Assembly: GCA_051362555.1 (NCBI GenBank)
Contig: CM120645.1
Coordinates: 22,196,001-22,260,000 of the forward strand
Reading direction: 5' to 3'
DNA length: 64,000 bases
From: Lingula anatina
Taxonomy: Eukaryota; Animalia; Brachiopoda
Position numbers and translations under genes: made by a program. Below are positions 13,272-24,712 of the stretch, piece by piece. The notes under the pieces are model-generated. The model saw only the letters and a list, made by a program, of their open reading frames with translations, did not search any database and was not told where the DNA came from. Numbering within the stretch: the stretch's first letter is position 1; each line of letters opens with the position of its first letter.

Positions 13272-14405
13272 GTTTTTCCTTTATAGGCCCTCAGTACAAT
13301 GAATGTTACACTCCGTATGGTAACAACAAGGACGAAAAACTCTATCACTAAGCCTGGAACTGCAGTGAACAGAAACCTCTCCTTCCTGATTATTTAAAAC
13401 ATCAATTTTTTTTTCGATTGTTTGTTTTAACTTACGATGGCAGTTCAGATGACCCCGCCACCATTAGGCCTGAGAATTATGAAGGTGCGTGCTTTATGTA
13501 GCCCAAAGCAGAACAATAGTTTATTTATCAAATCTATTCATCAAATAAACTTCATTTACATCGTTTCAGTCCAGTAATGGTGATAATAAAAGACCAGTAA
13601 GCCACATAGCGTCTCTTTGGCTGTTTAAAATCTATATTTCGATTTATATGATTTATAATATTTTTTTAGTTTTCATTTAAAAGTAACATCATGTCAATTT
13701 CCGTGAAAACATTTATTTCGATTACCTCCCCAACTCAAATGCATTAACTAATCGATATGAATAAAAAATGAATCAACATCACGCCCGATAAAAGGAGCAT
13801 TACAATCTTTCCTTTTCTAAATCATCATGCAACTACATACTACCCCCTTTACCATATAGAACTTTGACGTAATTTCCGTAACATTCTCAATTTGAAAATC
13901 AATGAACAACGATAAAACTTCAAATATAATGTAACTGTATATCCTCATTTCTGCAAATAATTCTTTTCCGCAAACGCTCTGTCTGAACGTTGTGTATTAT
14001 AAAAAGGGCATGTGACTTACACCAAGCGAATTAAGTGTCGACAAAACATTAAGGTCGGAAATAATTACCAATGGCAACGACAGTAATATGAATTAAAAAA
14101 ACAGGAGTTTGGAGGGGCCGCATTGCTTTTTGAGACTTCAAGGAACCTATCATGTTTGTTAAAATGTTGTCCAGGCGCACCCCCAAAGTGACCAATCTAG
14201 CCTGGATCAAATAGCTTTTGAACAACACTACAAACTAGACTCTATATATATACATAAAGGTTAATGTCCCAAAGTCCTCGTGACATGCATAAAAAGGTGT
14301 CAGTTATCAATAGAACGAAAGAAGCGCATTCGACGCCATCATTCTACAAAGTGTCTTTGGCAGCCCGTTGTCTGAAACTACCGCTACTTGGACCATGATC
14401 TTCTG

Positions 14406-17400
14406 TTAGGCTCCAAGAAAGACCTCTTCCACCATTAAGAAAGTCCCAGATTCCCAACCAGTAAAAGCATCGTATCCAGGGTGTGAGGGACAGGCACCGA
14501 TCACCAAAGCTATGATGACGTCACCGCGCCCGATGCCAATACATATGCCATCCACTGGAAGTAATAAGCAACTTCAACTTCATCGACGTGTTTAACCATA
14601 AAAAAAATTCAGTCTGAGCAATGCCATAGTCGATATTAAGTACTGGTAGTTACTGACACGGTATCATTTTTAATATGATATATTTTAATTTAAAAATCAA
14701 CACTGTATGCTCTTACCAATGCCCGGGAGATGCCAATTCACGTAAGTTCCGGTGTCAAAGTCATATGTATACATGACATGTTCCATACTTCCGGGATTGG
14801 AGCACTGAGCCCCGTTAAAAGTGACGGACCATTTGGCACAGGTGTTGTGTGTTTGACTCCGCACGTTAACACTCCAAATGACATGGATTCCACTGGAGCT
14901 TGACTTTTTATTGTACGTCATAGACTGAAATGAATTTATGAAGATGTGACAGATATAAAACCAGTTCTTTTTATTAAAATTAGGGGTAATGTTCTGCTTT
15001 CCGTAAGTATAAGCTATGAACCCAGCAATTTCACAGGCTGCTCAAACAACAGCTCAAATCTAGCTAACTGCACTGCCAGGTAGAGGATACTATGACAACT
15101 ATACTAGGTTACTAGTATTGCATACAAATATTGGAATGGAAATATAATTGACTTTTTGTTTTTGTTTGAAAAATCTATAATTTTGGCCTAGTTTATAGAT
15201 TTGACCAAGCAAAAGCAATTATTATTATTATTATTATTATTATTATAGTTATTAAAAATTGAGCAGACCCGTACCATAACGACTCGGAAGTCTCTATTCT
15301 GGGATATTTTAAGTGATTCGAGCTTTTTGTATAGACCCATGCGCTTGGCCATTTTAGCACACGTACGGATTCAATTAATATGCTTTGGTCAAGTGATGTA
15401 ATGTCATAGATGTATTTATTTAGGGTATAAGTCGACTGGCTTTTGTTCAGTCATGATTTATTGTCCTGTGGCTATCAAATCACCTTATGATGACATCTCA
15501 GAAAGGTTTTAACATACATATTGTCAATAGATCTGATACGTACCTGGATAACTCCTGTGTCGGCATTGTCGTACAAGTTAGCCCAGTAGCCTTGAACGCG
15601 GTTATAGAACGGCAGGCGGATGGTGGTTCCATCGGCAGCTAGAACTGGGACACAAAAATTTCGACTAATACAGCACAAGGACAAAGGAAACAATTTTTCG
15701 GGATTTTAAATAAATACAAATGGTTTGCAAAGTCAATCTATAAGAAACAAAAGCTTGACATTAGAACTTAATATGTGACGTCAGTCAGATTAGTTAATGA
15801 CAAAGCATTTGGGCTTACATTTTTTTTTTTTTGTTAGTTTGTTTCTACTTGTATTTATTCTAAAAAAACCCTCAAGTCGCTGTGCCTTCGCGAACATTCC
15901 CTTAGTTTCACAACTCAGACTTTCAAACCCCCAGCTTTTGGTTTTTAACCAACATTAAATGGACCGATCAAAATATCATTGATCCAGCTGTTTAATTGAA
16001 AATATAAACAATAAGAATTTGAAAACGTTATCTGGTTGCAGGCGGGGGATGTTTTCATGATTGCACAGTTTTCCCTTTCAGAGTTCCAACCTGCACTGAT
16101 ATCTTGTCCAAGTCTAGTCTCTTCCACTATAAGATAAGTTGTGCTTTTCCAACCTACGAAAAAAATCCATAATATTAAATAAAATTGTGTCTACTCGCGC
16201 ACCGGCGTGTCTGTGTGTGTGTTTTGGGTCCCCGTGATCAAGAAGGTTAGGCCTGCTGAGGTGGACATTTTACATGTGCTCGCATAAGTATATAAAGCAG
16301 TGTTCCATTTCTCCTCTTTATTATGATACTATATGTGCCAAGTAAAATAACCATTCTCCTCAGGCCTAAGACGTTAATATAATATTTTATGTACAATGAA
16401 AAAATTAAATGAACAACTGTACCAAAAAGCATGCTATTATAAGGTGTTCTCAGACCATTTTCCTTATATAACGCATAGTCGGGACATACCAGGAAATTTG
16501 CTATCAATAGGTGACAAAAAGTGACTGTAAATATGCTATGGCAAAAGAAGTTATCGATATGGTGAAACCAGTCCGTGTATGAGAAGCAAAGCCAACCTGT
16601 AAGGACATACCTGTCTGAGCATCGAAGGGAGGGAGACCAGTGCCAGAACAGGTTCCAACATGCAATGTTATCACAATGGTTCCAGAACCAATCCCTTCAC
16701 ATATCCCATTAACTGAAATCCACACATTAACACTTGATATCGTAGTTACATGGTGCTCTGTTTATTCACGTGTTTTACCATTTTTGAATGAAATAACAAT
16801 ACGGTAATAGAAACGATTAACTTGCCTTCTTACACATGTAAAACTGGACTGAGGTTAACAATGTGACATTTTGGCTGTTATCGTTATCAATTGACACAGA
16901 ATAATCATTTATAGCACCTTGGTACAAAATATCACTTTAAATTTTAAAAGGAACCATCACAAATGCCACCTATCTAACAGACATGAAATAATACGATAGG
17001 CCTAAATAAAATTAACATCGCGTTGCATTTACTGTATAATATAAGATGACTTGCGCATCCCAACACTTTAACTTACACGCAAACCCCCGTTTCACCTGAG
17101 GCACCTGACCACCATAAACGTACATGACCCACTCTAGGGGCCCAGGGTTGGAGCATTCCACGCCGTTAAATTTGAAATACCATCGACCACATTTGTTGTT
17201 GCCTTCCCCGTACAAATTACCACTCCAGCGAACTCGCAAGGCGCTGTCATCTGCCCGTTTTACATATTGGGACGTCTGAAATTGTTAGCAAACATTCCTT
17301 ACGTTTGAGTGATTTTGTGTCACTAACATATACCATGACTGATCGTTAGATTATATACATGTAAGTATGAGAGAGTGAGACCGGTATACCTTTTCTACAG

Positions 17401-20400
17401 TAAACTGATTATAGCTTTTCGAATTCAGCTTCTGTATTAATTTTTTTTTTCAGTTTTTACCAGTTGAGGGCCAATTAATATGGGAATGTGGGTTTAGTTT
17501 GCAAAAGTGATAATTTCTCTATAACAGCTCTATAATAATTATCTCTTGAAAGTTATTTCTATAAACAAGGTAAAAATTAACGTAAAATGTGTTCGCCAGA
17601 GAAACGCTTATGAAAGACATTCCGCAAGGACAGGATGCATTATAGGCATTATGAAATAAATATTAACGAATCCATTTTGCATTCTCTCAATGTATTCTAT
17701 AATGGGCACACTTTTCAATGTTTAAAGAAATGTTATATGAAAACCAAACATCGTTGCAAAATTTTGTAAAAATTGTGGCGTAAGACGTACCGAATGAATG
17801 TTTTCACCACTTGTCTCTGTGTGGGAAACTGCTGCAAACTGTTGGATATTGAAGGCTGTTTGAGACTCACATGTGGCTGAAAGATTCAATGAGCTTTTTG
17901 TAACGTCTTTTACTGTTTACCATACAGATATACGGTAAAGAAGACACGCAGTGTTTTAGTATGGAAGAGACTTGCTTTCTTCCAAAAAATATTTACTAGT
18001 GTTTAAATATTCAAACCACAATTTTATCGCATGTTCTACAAAAGCAATTACTTATTATATGCTAATATTTTACAATAGTTATCAAAGGCATTTTAAGCGT
18101 AATACCAAATTAAATGGATGCATTAGAAAAACAATTTGATATTGGATGGTACGTGCATCTCCGACAAGTGCAAGTTAGCATCATTCATCACTGAAGAGTT
18201 ATTCAACCTATAAATTCAGAAATTTGTGGTTGATACACAGAAAATCAAATTGCCGTGTGACGTACGTGGCAGAGAGTCCCCCATGACAGAATCCGGTTCC
18301 CATTAATTGCACAGTTAAGCCTCGCCGTAGATTTTGACCCACTTAGGACAGGCTAACCCTAACCTGTATAATAAATGGAAGGTGGAGAAAGACATCAAGA
18401 ATTACAGACCCATCTGCCTACTTTCTAATTTGTACAAGATTTACACCAAGATATTGACCGAAAGGCTAACAAGACAACTAGATGAAGCGCAGCCAAAGGA
18501 ACAAGCAGGTTTCAGAGGCCAGTACACCACTACTGATCATATGCACACTGTCAACCAGCTCAAAGAGAAATGTCTCGAGTATAACATTCCACTATGTGTA
18601 GCATTCGTTGATTATGAAAAAGCCTTCGACTCAGTAGAAACCCAGTATATACTGGCATCCCTGCAAGATCTAGGGATCGAAGATGGATACGTAGACGTCC
18701 TCAGAGACATATACACCGATAGCTCTGTAACAGTCAAACTACACAAGACCACCAATAAGATCAGGATCAAGAAAGGTGTACGCCAAGGAGATACAATCTC
18801 TCCTAAACTGTTCACAGCAGCATTGGAACGTATATTCAGGGATCTAGACTGGCAGGACAAGGGCATAAACATAGACGGTACCAGGCTCAATCACCTTAGG
18901 TTTGCAGACGACATCATAATAGTAGCAGATGATGCAAAAGACCTCGAAGAAATGCTACAGGCGTTAGCAGATGAAAGCGCAAAAAGTGGGCTAAAGATGA
19001 ACACCAGCAAGACAAAGGTGATGTTTGGACCACTAACCACCCCTTGCACAGTGAAAGTCAACACCAAAGAGATAGAAGCAGTAGAAGAGTATATATACCT
19101 TGGGCAACGGTTCAGCCTTAGTGATCGAACACTGGAGAAAGAAATCCAACGAAGGATAAAAGCAGGATGGGCAGCATATGGGAAACACAATGACATCTTC
19201 AAGAGCAACTTTCCTACCTGCCTGAAAAAGAAAGTGTTCAATGCTTGTGTGCTGCCGGCAATCTCCTATGGTTCAGAGACCTGGGCACTGAATGCCTCCA
19301 TGGAACACAAGCTTCAAGTAGCTCAGAGAAAGATGGAAAGAATTATGTTGAACATCAATCCAAGAGAGCGGAAAACGAATGTATGGTTACGTGAACAGAC
19401 CAAAGTTAAGGACGTACTGCTCACAGTTAAAGAAATGAAATGGAGGTGGGCAGGACGTGTCAAAAGAATGAAGGACAATAGGTGGACAATCAGGCTTACA
19501 GAATGGACCCCAAGGTATGGACAAAGAAAAAGAGGAAGGCCGGTCAAACGATGGAGGGATGAATTAGATGACTACTGGAAGTCATGGAAGAAGAAACCTT
19601 GGCCAAACTGGAAATCTGAGGCTCAGGATAGGAAACAATGGAAAAAGCATGCTGAGGCCTTTGTCCAACAGTGGAACACTATAGGCTCTAAATGATGATG
19701 ATGATGATGGAGTTTGCTACGGGGACCGCCGATTTCGTTACACCGACGTAAAAAGACAATTTATAAATATATACACGGTACCCGACCCGGTGGTTTCCGC
19801 CACTTCTGCCATGATAATTTGTGACCTGGAGTTCCAACCTGCATAGTTGTCGCGAACTGTTCCATCGCAGTCTTTGTATTCTAAGGCAATAGTTCTAATC
19901 CCCATACCTATCCCGTAGCAGATTCCAAAAACTGAAATTATAACATCCATAAAAACTCATCAAATTTTCACCCGCAAAAACAGCAAAAACAATTAATATA
20001 AACCACAAAACCACTTAGGGAGGGCAAATCCTTTAATTGTTTTAATGAAATCGTAGATACAGAATCAATTAAGTTATATTTGAGATAATGCACTGTTATC
20101 CGAGCTTCATCATCTGTCGTCAGATTATAAAAATGAATAGGTATAAATGGAAAGCTGGATTACGTGCGTAAATGTTTATAACAGACCAGCTAACGGAGTC
20201 AATGACTTAACAAAAGAAACTCACACTCCACGTGGTGATGGCGATCTCTTCGGTTGGCGTGGTACTCTGCATAGTCAATGGGGGAGGGGTTTGAACACTC
20301 AGCGCCATCTATTGTGAAGGCCCAAGACGCACAACACCCTGCACAGTTGTAGGCTGCTCTCAGCGTTCCACTCCAGAGCAGATACAAGCCGCTGGCGTCT

Positions 20401-22821
20401 TTTCTCTTATTGTAGGATGTGCTCTAAGGTGCAGTAAGAATAAAGATGAAGCCAACACAGATTTATCGGAAAACGGATGTTGGATCTAATCGTATTTGCA
20501 GCAATAACTGTTCCTTAATTCAGATTAATTAGATATATTATTAGGGTTTTTGAGGCGTTTGCTTACAAAGATAACACCAGTGTCGTGGGAAACGTGGGAG
20601 GTACTTGACCACTGCTGAATATTGAACATCGGCGTCTCATCACAGTCCGTTGATTCTCCTAAAATAAGTGGACTAACATCATGTGAAATGTGAATCTCTT
20701 CACTGCATGAGCTGCATCACAAAAACAATTCTTAGAGTAAAAAAATCCAATAGCTAAATAAATGTAAATGTCAATTCTAAGATATGAACACGTTTTAAGA
20801 ACACGGTATAACTGCTGACTACATCTATCAATGCTCAGAGAACTACTTATAAAGAATGAGATTACAATATATCAGATTTTAAAACTTTATTAGATTTTTA
20901 AAACATGCGTTTAATTTTCCCTTAAAATTCTTAATATCTTCATTGTTCAGATATTCATAGTTTTCTTTACTTACTATAATTCTTGAAAACAAATGGTCAT
21001 TCCAAAGATATACATGTAGAGGTAAGCTAAGTGTCAAAACAATTTTAGATGCATTTTTTTTTATGTTGTTCTCTTTAAAACTAAAAAGGTAGAGGTTTAA
21101 TTTTCCTAGGAGTCTTAAAATTGCTGGTCTGTGCATGTATGAGCCTTACATAACCATTTCGCTTGATTGAACGATCCCACTGTAAAGAAAAATGCTAATC
21201 TATTCAACCAGCACGATTCATATAATCACAGTACAATATATTGACCAGGTGAACAGTATAATAATGAATGGTTTGCTTTAGAATTTAATTGCTCACTATT
21301 GGTTTTACGCAATACAGCGTGAAACAAAAGATGTACGTGGTAATGGTTCCTTGGGTGAAAACAACGGAAACGATGTTCGGCTTGGGCATAAGTTAGAACT
21401 CGCCATGGGATGTTTACAGAATTTCAAGCAGCGTCTGGACGGTGGCAGACAGTGGTCGTGCAAAATTGGATTCAAGCCTGCCTCTGCAGCCTCTACGATT
21501 TCAAGGTCAAATTTTGACAATTTTAAAAATTGTAAGCAATATCGTAGATGGCATTGCAAAGTTCCCGTACGGCCACCGCTTTCTTGGCTTGCGTGACACC
21601 ACTTTTCAGTCGACAAACCAATTTTCAAGATTTTACCCCATGGTAATAAAGGAGAAATCGCATTCGCACATAATGTTAACATAATCGCCGTAACCATGCA
21701 CTGAAGATGTCGAACAAAGTGCACGGGGAATGTTTGATTTGTAACTTGTTAAAACATATATATTTTAATATTAAAATAACATTTGGGCGGAAACTGATGT
21801 TGTTGCAATATAACTGCCTAATGGTGACAAATAAAAGAATAAACTAACACTTACCCAGACAAAATGGTTCATTAAGATCACAGTCTTCTCTACATCGGCC
21901 AGGAACGAGGCACGGGGAGCCATTACAAACCGTCAGATTACTCTCGAGATCAAGATCAGTCTGTAAGGAAATAACTAAATTAAATTAAATACTAATGAAT
22001 ACCCTGACAGGGAAACTTACATGCAACTGTAATTAATTGTTTTTATAACATTTTTCAACAAATTTCTAAATAACATTATGCACATGTACCTTCAGGGCCT
22101 CTCTCTCTTGCCTTATGTTAAAAGGGTTTTAGGTGCGTTCTCCTCTGGAATGATTCGTTGATTCGCCGCTGCCTCCTAGTTTGTCGTTGTCACCCAACAC
22201 ATACAAATGTAGCATTAAAGGTCACTGTTGGTGCTCTGCCAGCTCTCAAGACTAGACTCATACGGCAGTTTGGCTGTACCCCCCCACCCCCACCCCCAGG
22301 ACACTATGAACGTCCCCAGTTAGCCTGAACGACATACAAGAATATCGGCCATGCACACTGCGATATGTAGTAAACCGGACCGACACGTAATGTAATGCGG
22401 TAAATAAGAACCAGACTTTATAAGTTTTACACAAAAACATATATAAACATAATGAATAAAACTAGATAGACAGCAATATACTTACAGCTTTCGGAACAAC
22501 ATTGGTTAGCAGTCCGACAGACATAGGACCCGTATCCCCAAGCGCTGACGAGTACCGTATTTCATCAAACATGGAGCAAATCTTGGATTGGCTGTTGTAG
22601 AATACAGAGATACAATATGGCGTGTTTTTACACTGGATGATACACTCTATGTTGCTGCGTGCTTCCGTCGTGGCAAGGACGGTAGTGACATCGTAGTCTG
22701 AAGACACTTGCTTCACGTCCATGTGTGTCGGAGACGGCAGAGCTTGGCACGTGTTGATAACTTCGGTTGCTGCAAGCGGCAATGCAAAGATGGTAATTCC
22801 AATAACAAACAGGTTGGTCAT
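14406..22821 (-). CDS. Secreted PAN/apple-like + Cys-rich + triple CTHRC1 C-terminal-domain protein, paralogue 2 (596 aa by my model)
   Basis: 12 exons: 22486-22821, 21855-21960, 20567-20658, 20225-20423, 19782-19931, 17791-17876, 17077-17275, 16611-16712, 16091-16153, 15544-15644, 14717-14924, 14406-14554. Exon sizes match paralogue 1 except exon 1 (+6 nt); frame is open. Confidence 0.88.
18256..19742 (+). mobile_element. Ginger-like MITE split by an RTE LINE insertion
   Basis: Left arm 18256-18387 (TGTGACG...GGCTAACCCTAACC) and right arm 19713-19742 (...CGTTACA) are flanked by CCG/CCGA. Joined, they match 4476-4629. The paralogous intron has the empty site AATTGCCGG near 9170. Confidence 0.7.
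18388..19707 (+). mobile_element. 5'-truncated non-LTR retrotransposon, RTE clade (reverse transcriptase + C-terminus)
   Basis: Uninterrupted ORF (18334-19695 in the track) with NYRPICLL, EQAGFR, FVDYEKAFDSV, GVRQGDTISPKLF, LRFADD, YIYLG and RTE-type tail KWRWAG..R.RGRP.KRW.D. The stop runs directly into (TGA)n. TSD TGGAG at 18383-18387 and 19708-19712. No endonuclease domain. Confidence 0.93.
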
Positions 22822-24712
22822 TTTCCCCTTTACGGCGAATGATACACGCTTTACTGAAACAACAACGAGAAAAGTCTATTTCCAAAATGTAACTGCAGCT
22901 AAAAGATACGTCTGCCTCGTAAAAAGTTAAAACAGTCAGATTTTTATCCGATATATTTTCACAGACTATGGCATTTCAGGTTACCACGTCACCACTAGTC
23001 CTGGAAATTGTGGCGGTAGTTGCTTTGTTTAAACCATAGTATCAACAATAGGTTTTTATGAAACCTGTCCAGTACACAAACATCATTTACAATGTTTCCG
23101 TCCACTAATGGTGATTTTAAGTGACCAGCAGGCCACGGAAAGTCTCTCTGAGTGTAAAAATCGATATTTCGAGTTTTACATTCTTTTTCAATTTAAACGT
23201 AATATCAAGTCAAACTCCGTGAAAATATTAATTTTGATTAATTCCCCCACCCAAATGCATTAATATAACTAATCGATACGAATAAGAAGTCACGCCGGGT
23301 GATGAAAAGGGGCATTTCAATCTCTCCTTTTCAAAATCATGCAACAACACATCCTCTTAACCATATAGAATTTTGACTTAAATTCCAAAACATTCCCAAT
23401 TCGAAAATCAATAAGCAACAATATAACTTCAAATATAATGTACAGCTGTAACTCTATTACTTCATTTCTGCAAGTATTGCTTTTCCGTAAATGTATCTGA
23501 ACGTCGTATACTATAACAAGGGCACATGACAGTCCAACTTACGCCGAGCGAAGCATCGGCAACACTTAGAGGTCGATAATAATTACCCATGGCAACGACA
23601 GTCATATGAATTTACAAAGAACCTTCTCTGCAAAGTATTTATATTTAAGTATTCAGAAAAGTTCACGTAACGCAAGGAGTTCAATTGCTTCTGTCATAAA
23701 GCAGAAATAGTACAAAACTTGTCATATTTTATCTTTGTGTAAAGATTGAGTACCACGCTTTTAGAAGTTGCATAGTAACTGTAGAATTAGGATGGATGAC
23801 ATTGATATGAGCGATCAATGATTGGAGAAAAAAAGATAAGGGAAGCGACCGTGTCGCATGAAAGTCTGAACCAATTTGATCGTCCGTTGCAGGAACGACT
23901 TGAGAGACCGCGTCAAAACAATCGATAGAGGGCAGTGCGTGTCGTGTAAGACACGATTTGACAGACTGCTGCTTTCCGTTAAATATCAACAGGTCGTTTG
24001 GCACCATGGAGTTCCTCTGTGTAATATTTACTAAGTTCACTTTGCTTTTGGTTGATTCACTCTCTCTAATGATATTGATGTTGTCTTTAATGGATCAATA
24101 CAACACAATTACACCATTGTAATACTTCATCCCCAGTAACAACACCGCAGTTAGTGTAGAATTCATGGCGACAGGAAGATGATGAATTAAATTAACGAAA
24201 CTGTTAATCATTCCGCCGTCCACATGAGACATAATTGTTGTAAAATATTACAATTGAGTAAACCCAACAGCTAAAAAGATCGCTTTCAAATGTTTCAAGG
24301 TTTCTCATAGTTTATTTTGACGTCATTTCTTACAATGGCTTCACAATTTCATTAGCTTCAACAGAACATGTCATCATTACTCAGTTCTTCACACTTTTCC
24401 CGTCAACATCAGCAATTGTCATTTGGTATCTTATATTTGGCATGTATGATTCCCATCAGCATATCAAATTGTCCATTTGTGATTTCGTGATTGAGCCCCC
24501 TACCTACTTTTTTGAAGGGATGGGGGGGTATGCTGAAAGTAACGCAAACTTCATAATTTTCACACAGTTGTATTGTTTGACACCGTCTTCTGATTTTGTT
24601 TTGTTTTTTGCCACAATGAAAAAAAATCTGGAGTACTGTCTCTTATTCATCACAGGAGTGACTTCCATTTTACATCATATTATATCATTCATGGTGTCAT
24701 TCCTGCAGTATT

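Larger units (their letters stand above)
5910..23612. repeat. Tandem segmental duplication (about 5910-14095 and 14310-23612)
   Basis: Exons, many intron stretches, 3' UTR and about 800 bp of upstream sequence are colinear (e.g. GGCAACGACAGT.ATATGAATT near 14073 and 23591). Confidence 0.85.

Noticed and set aside
18334-18387. N-terminal part of the 453-aa RT ORF as a genuine start
   Set aside because: It derives from the flanking MITE with a TTG start; the LINE is 5'-truncated at about 18388.
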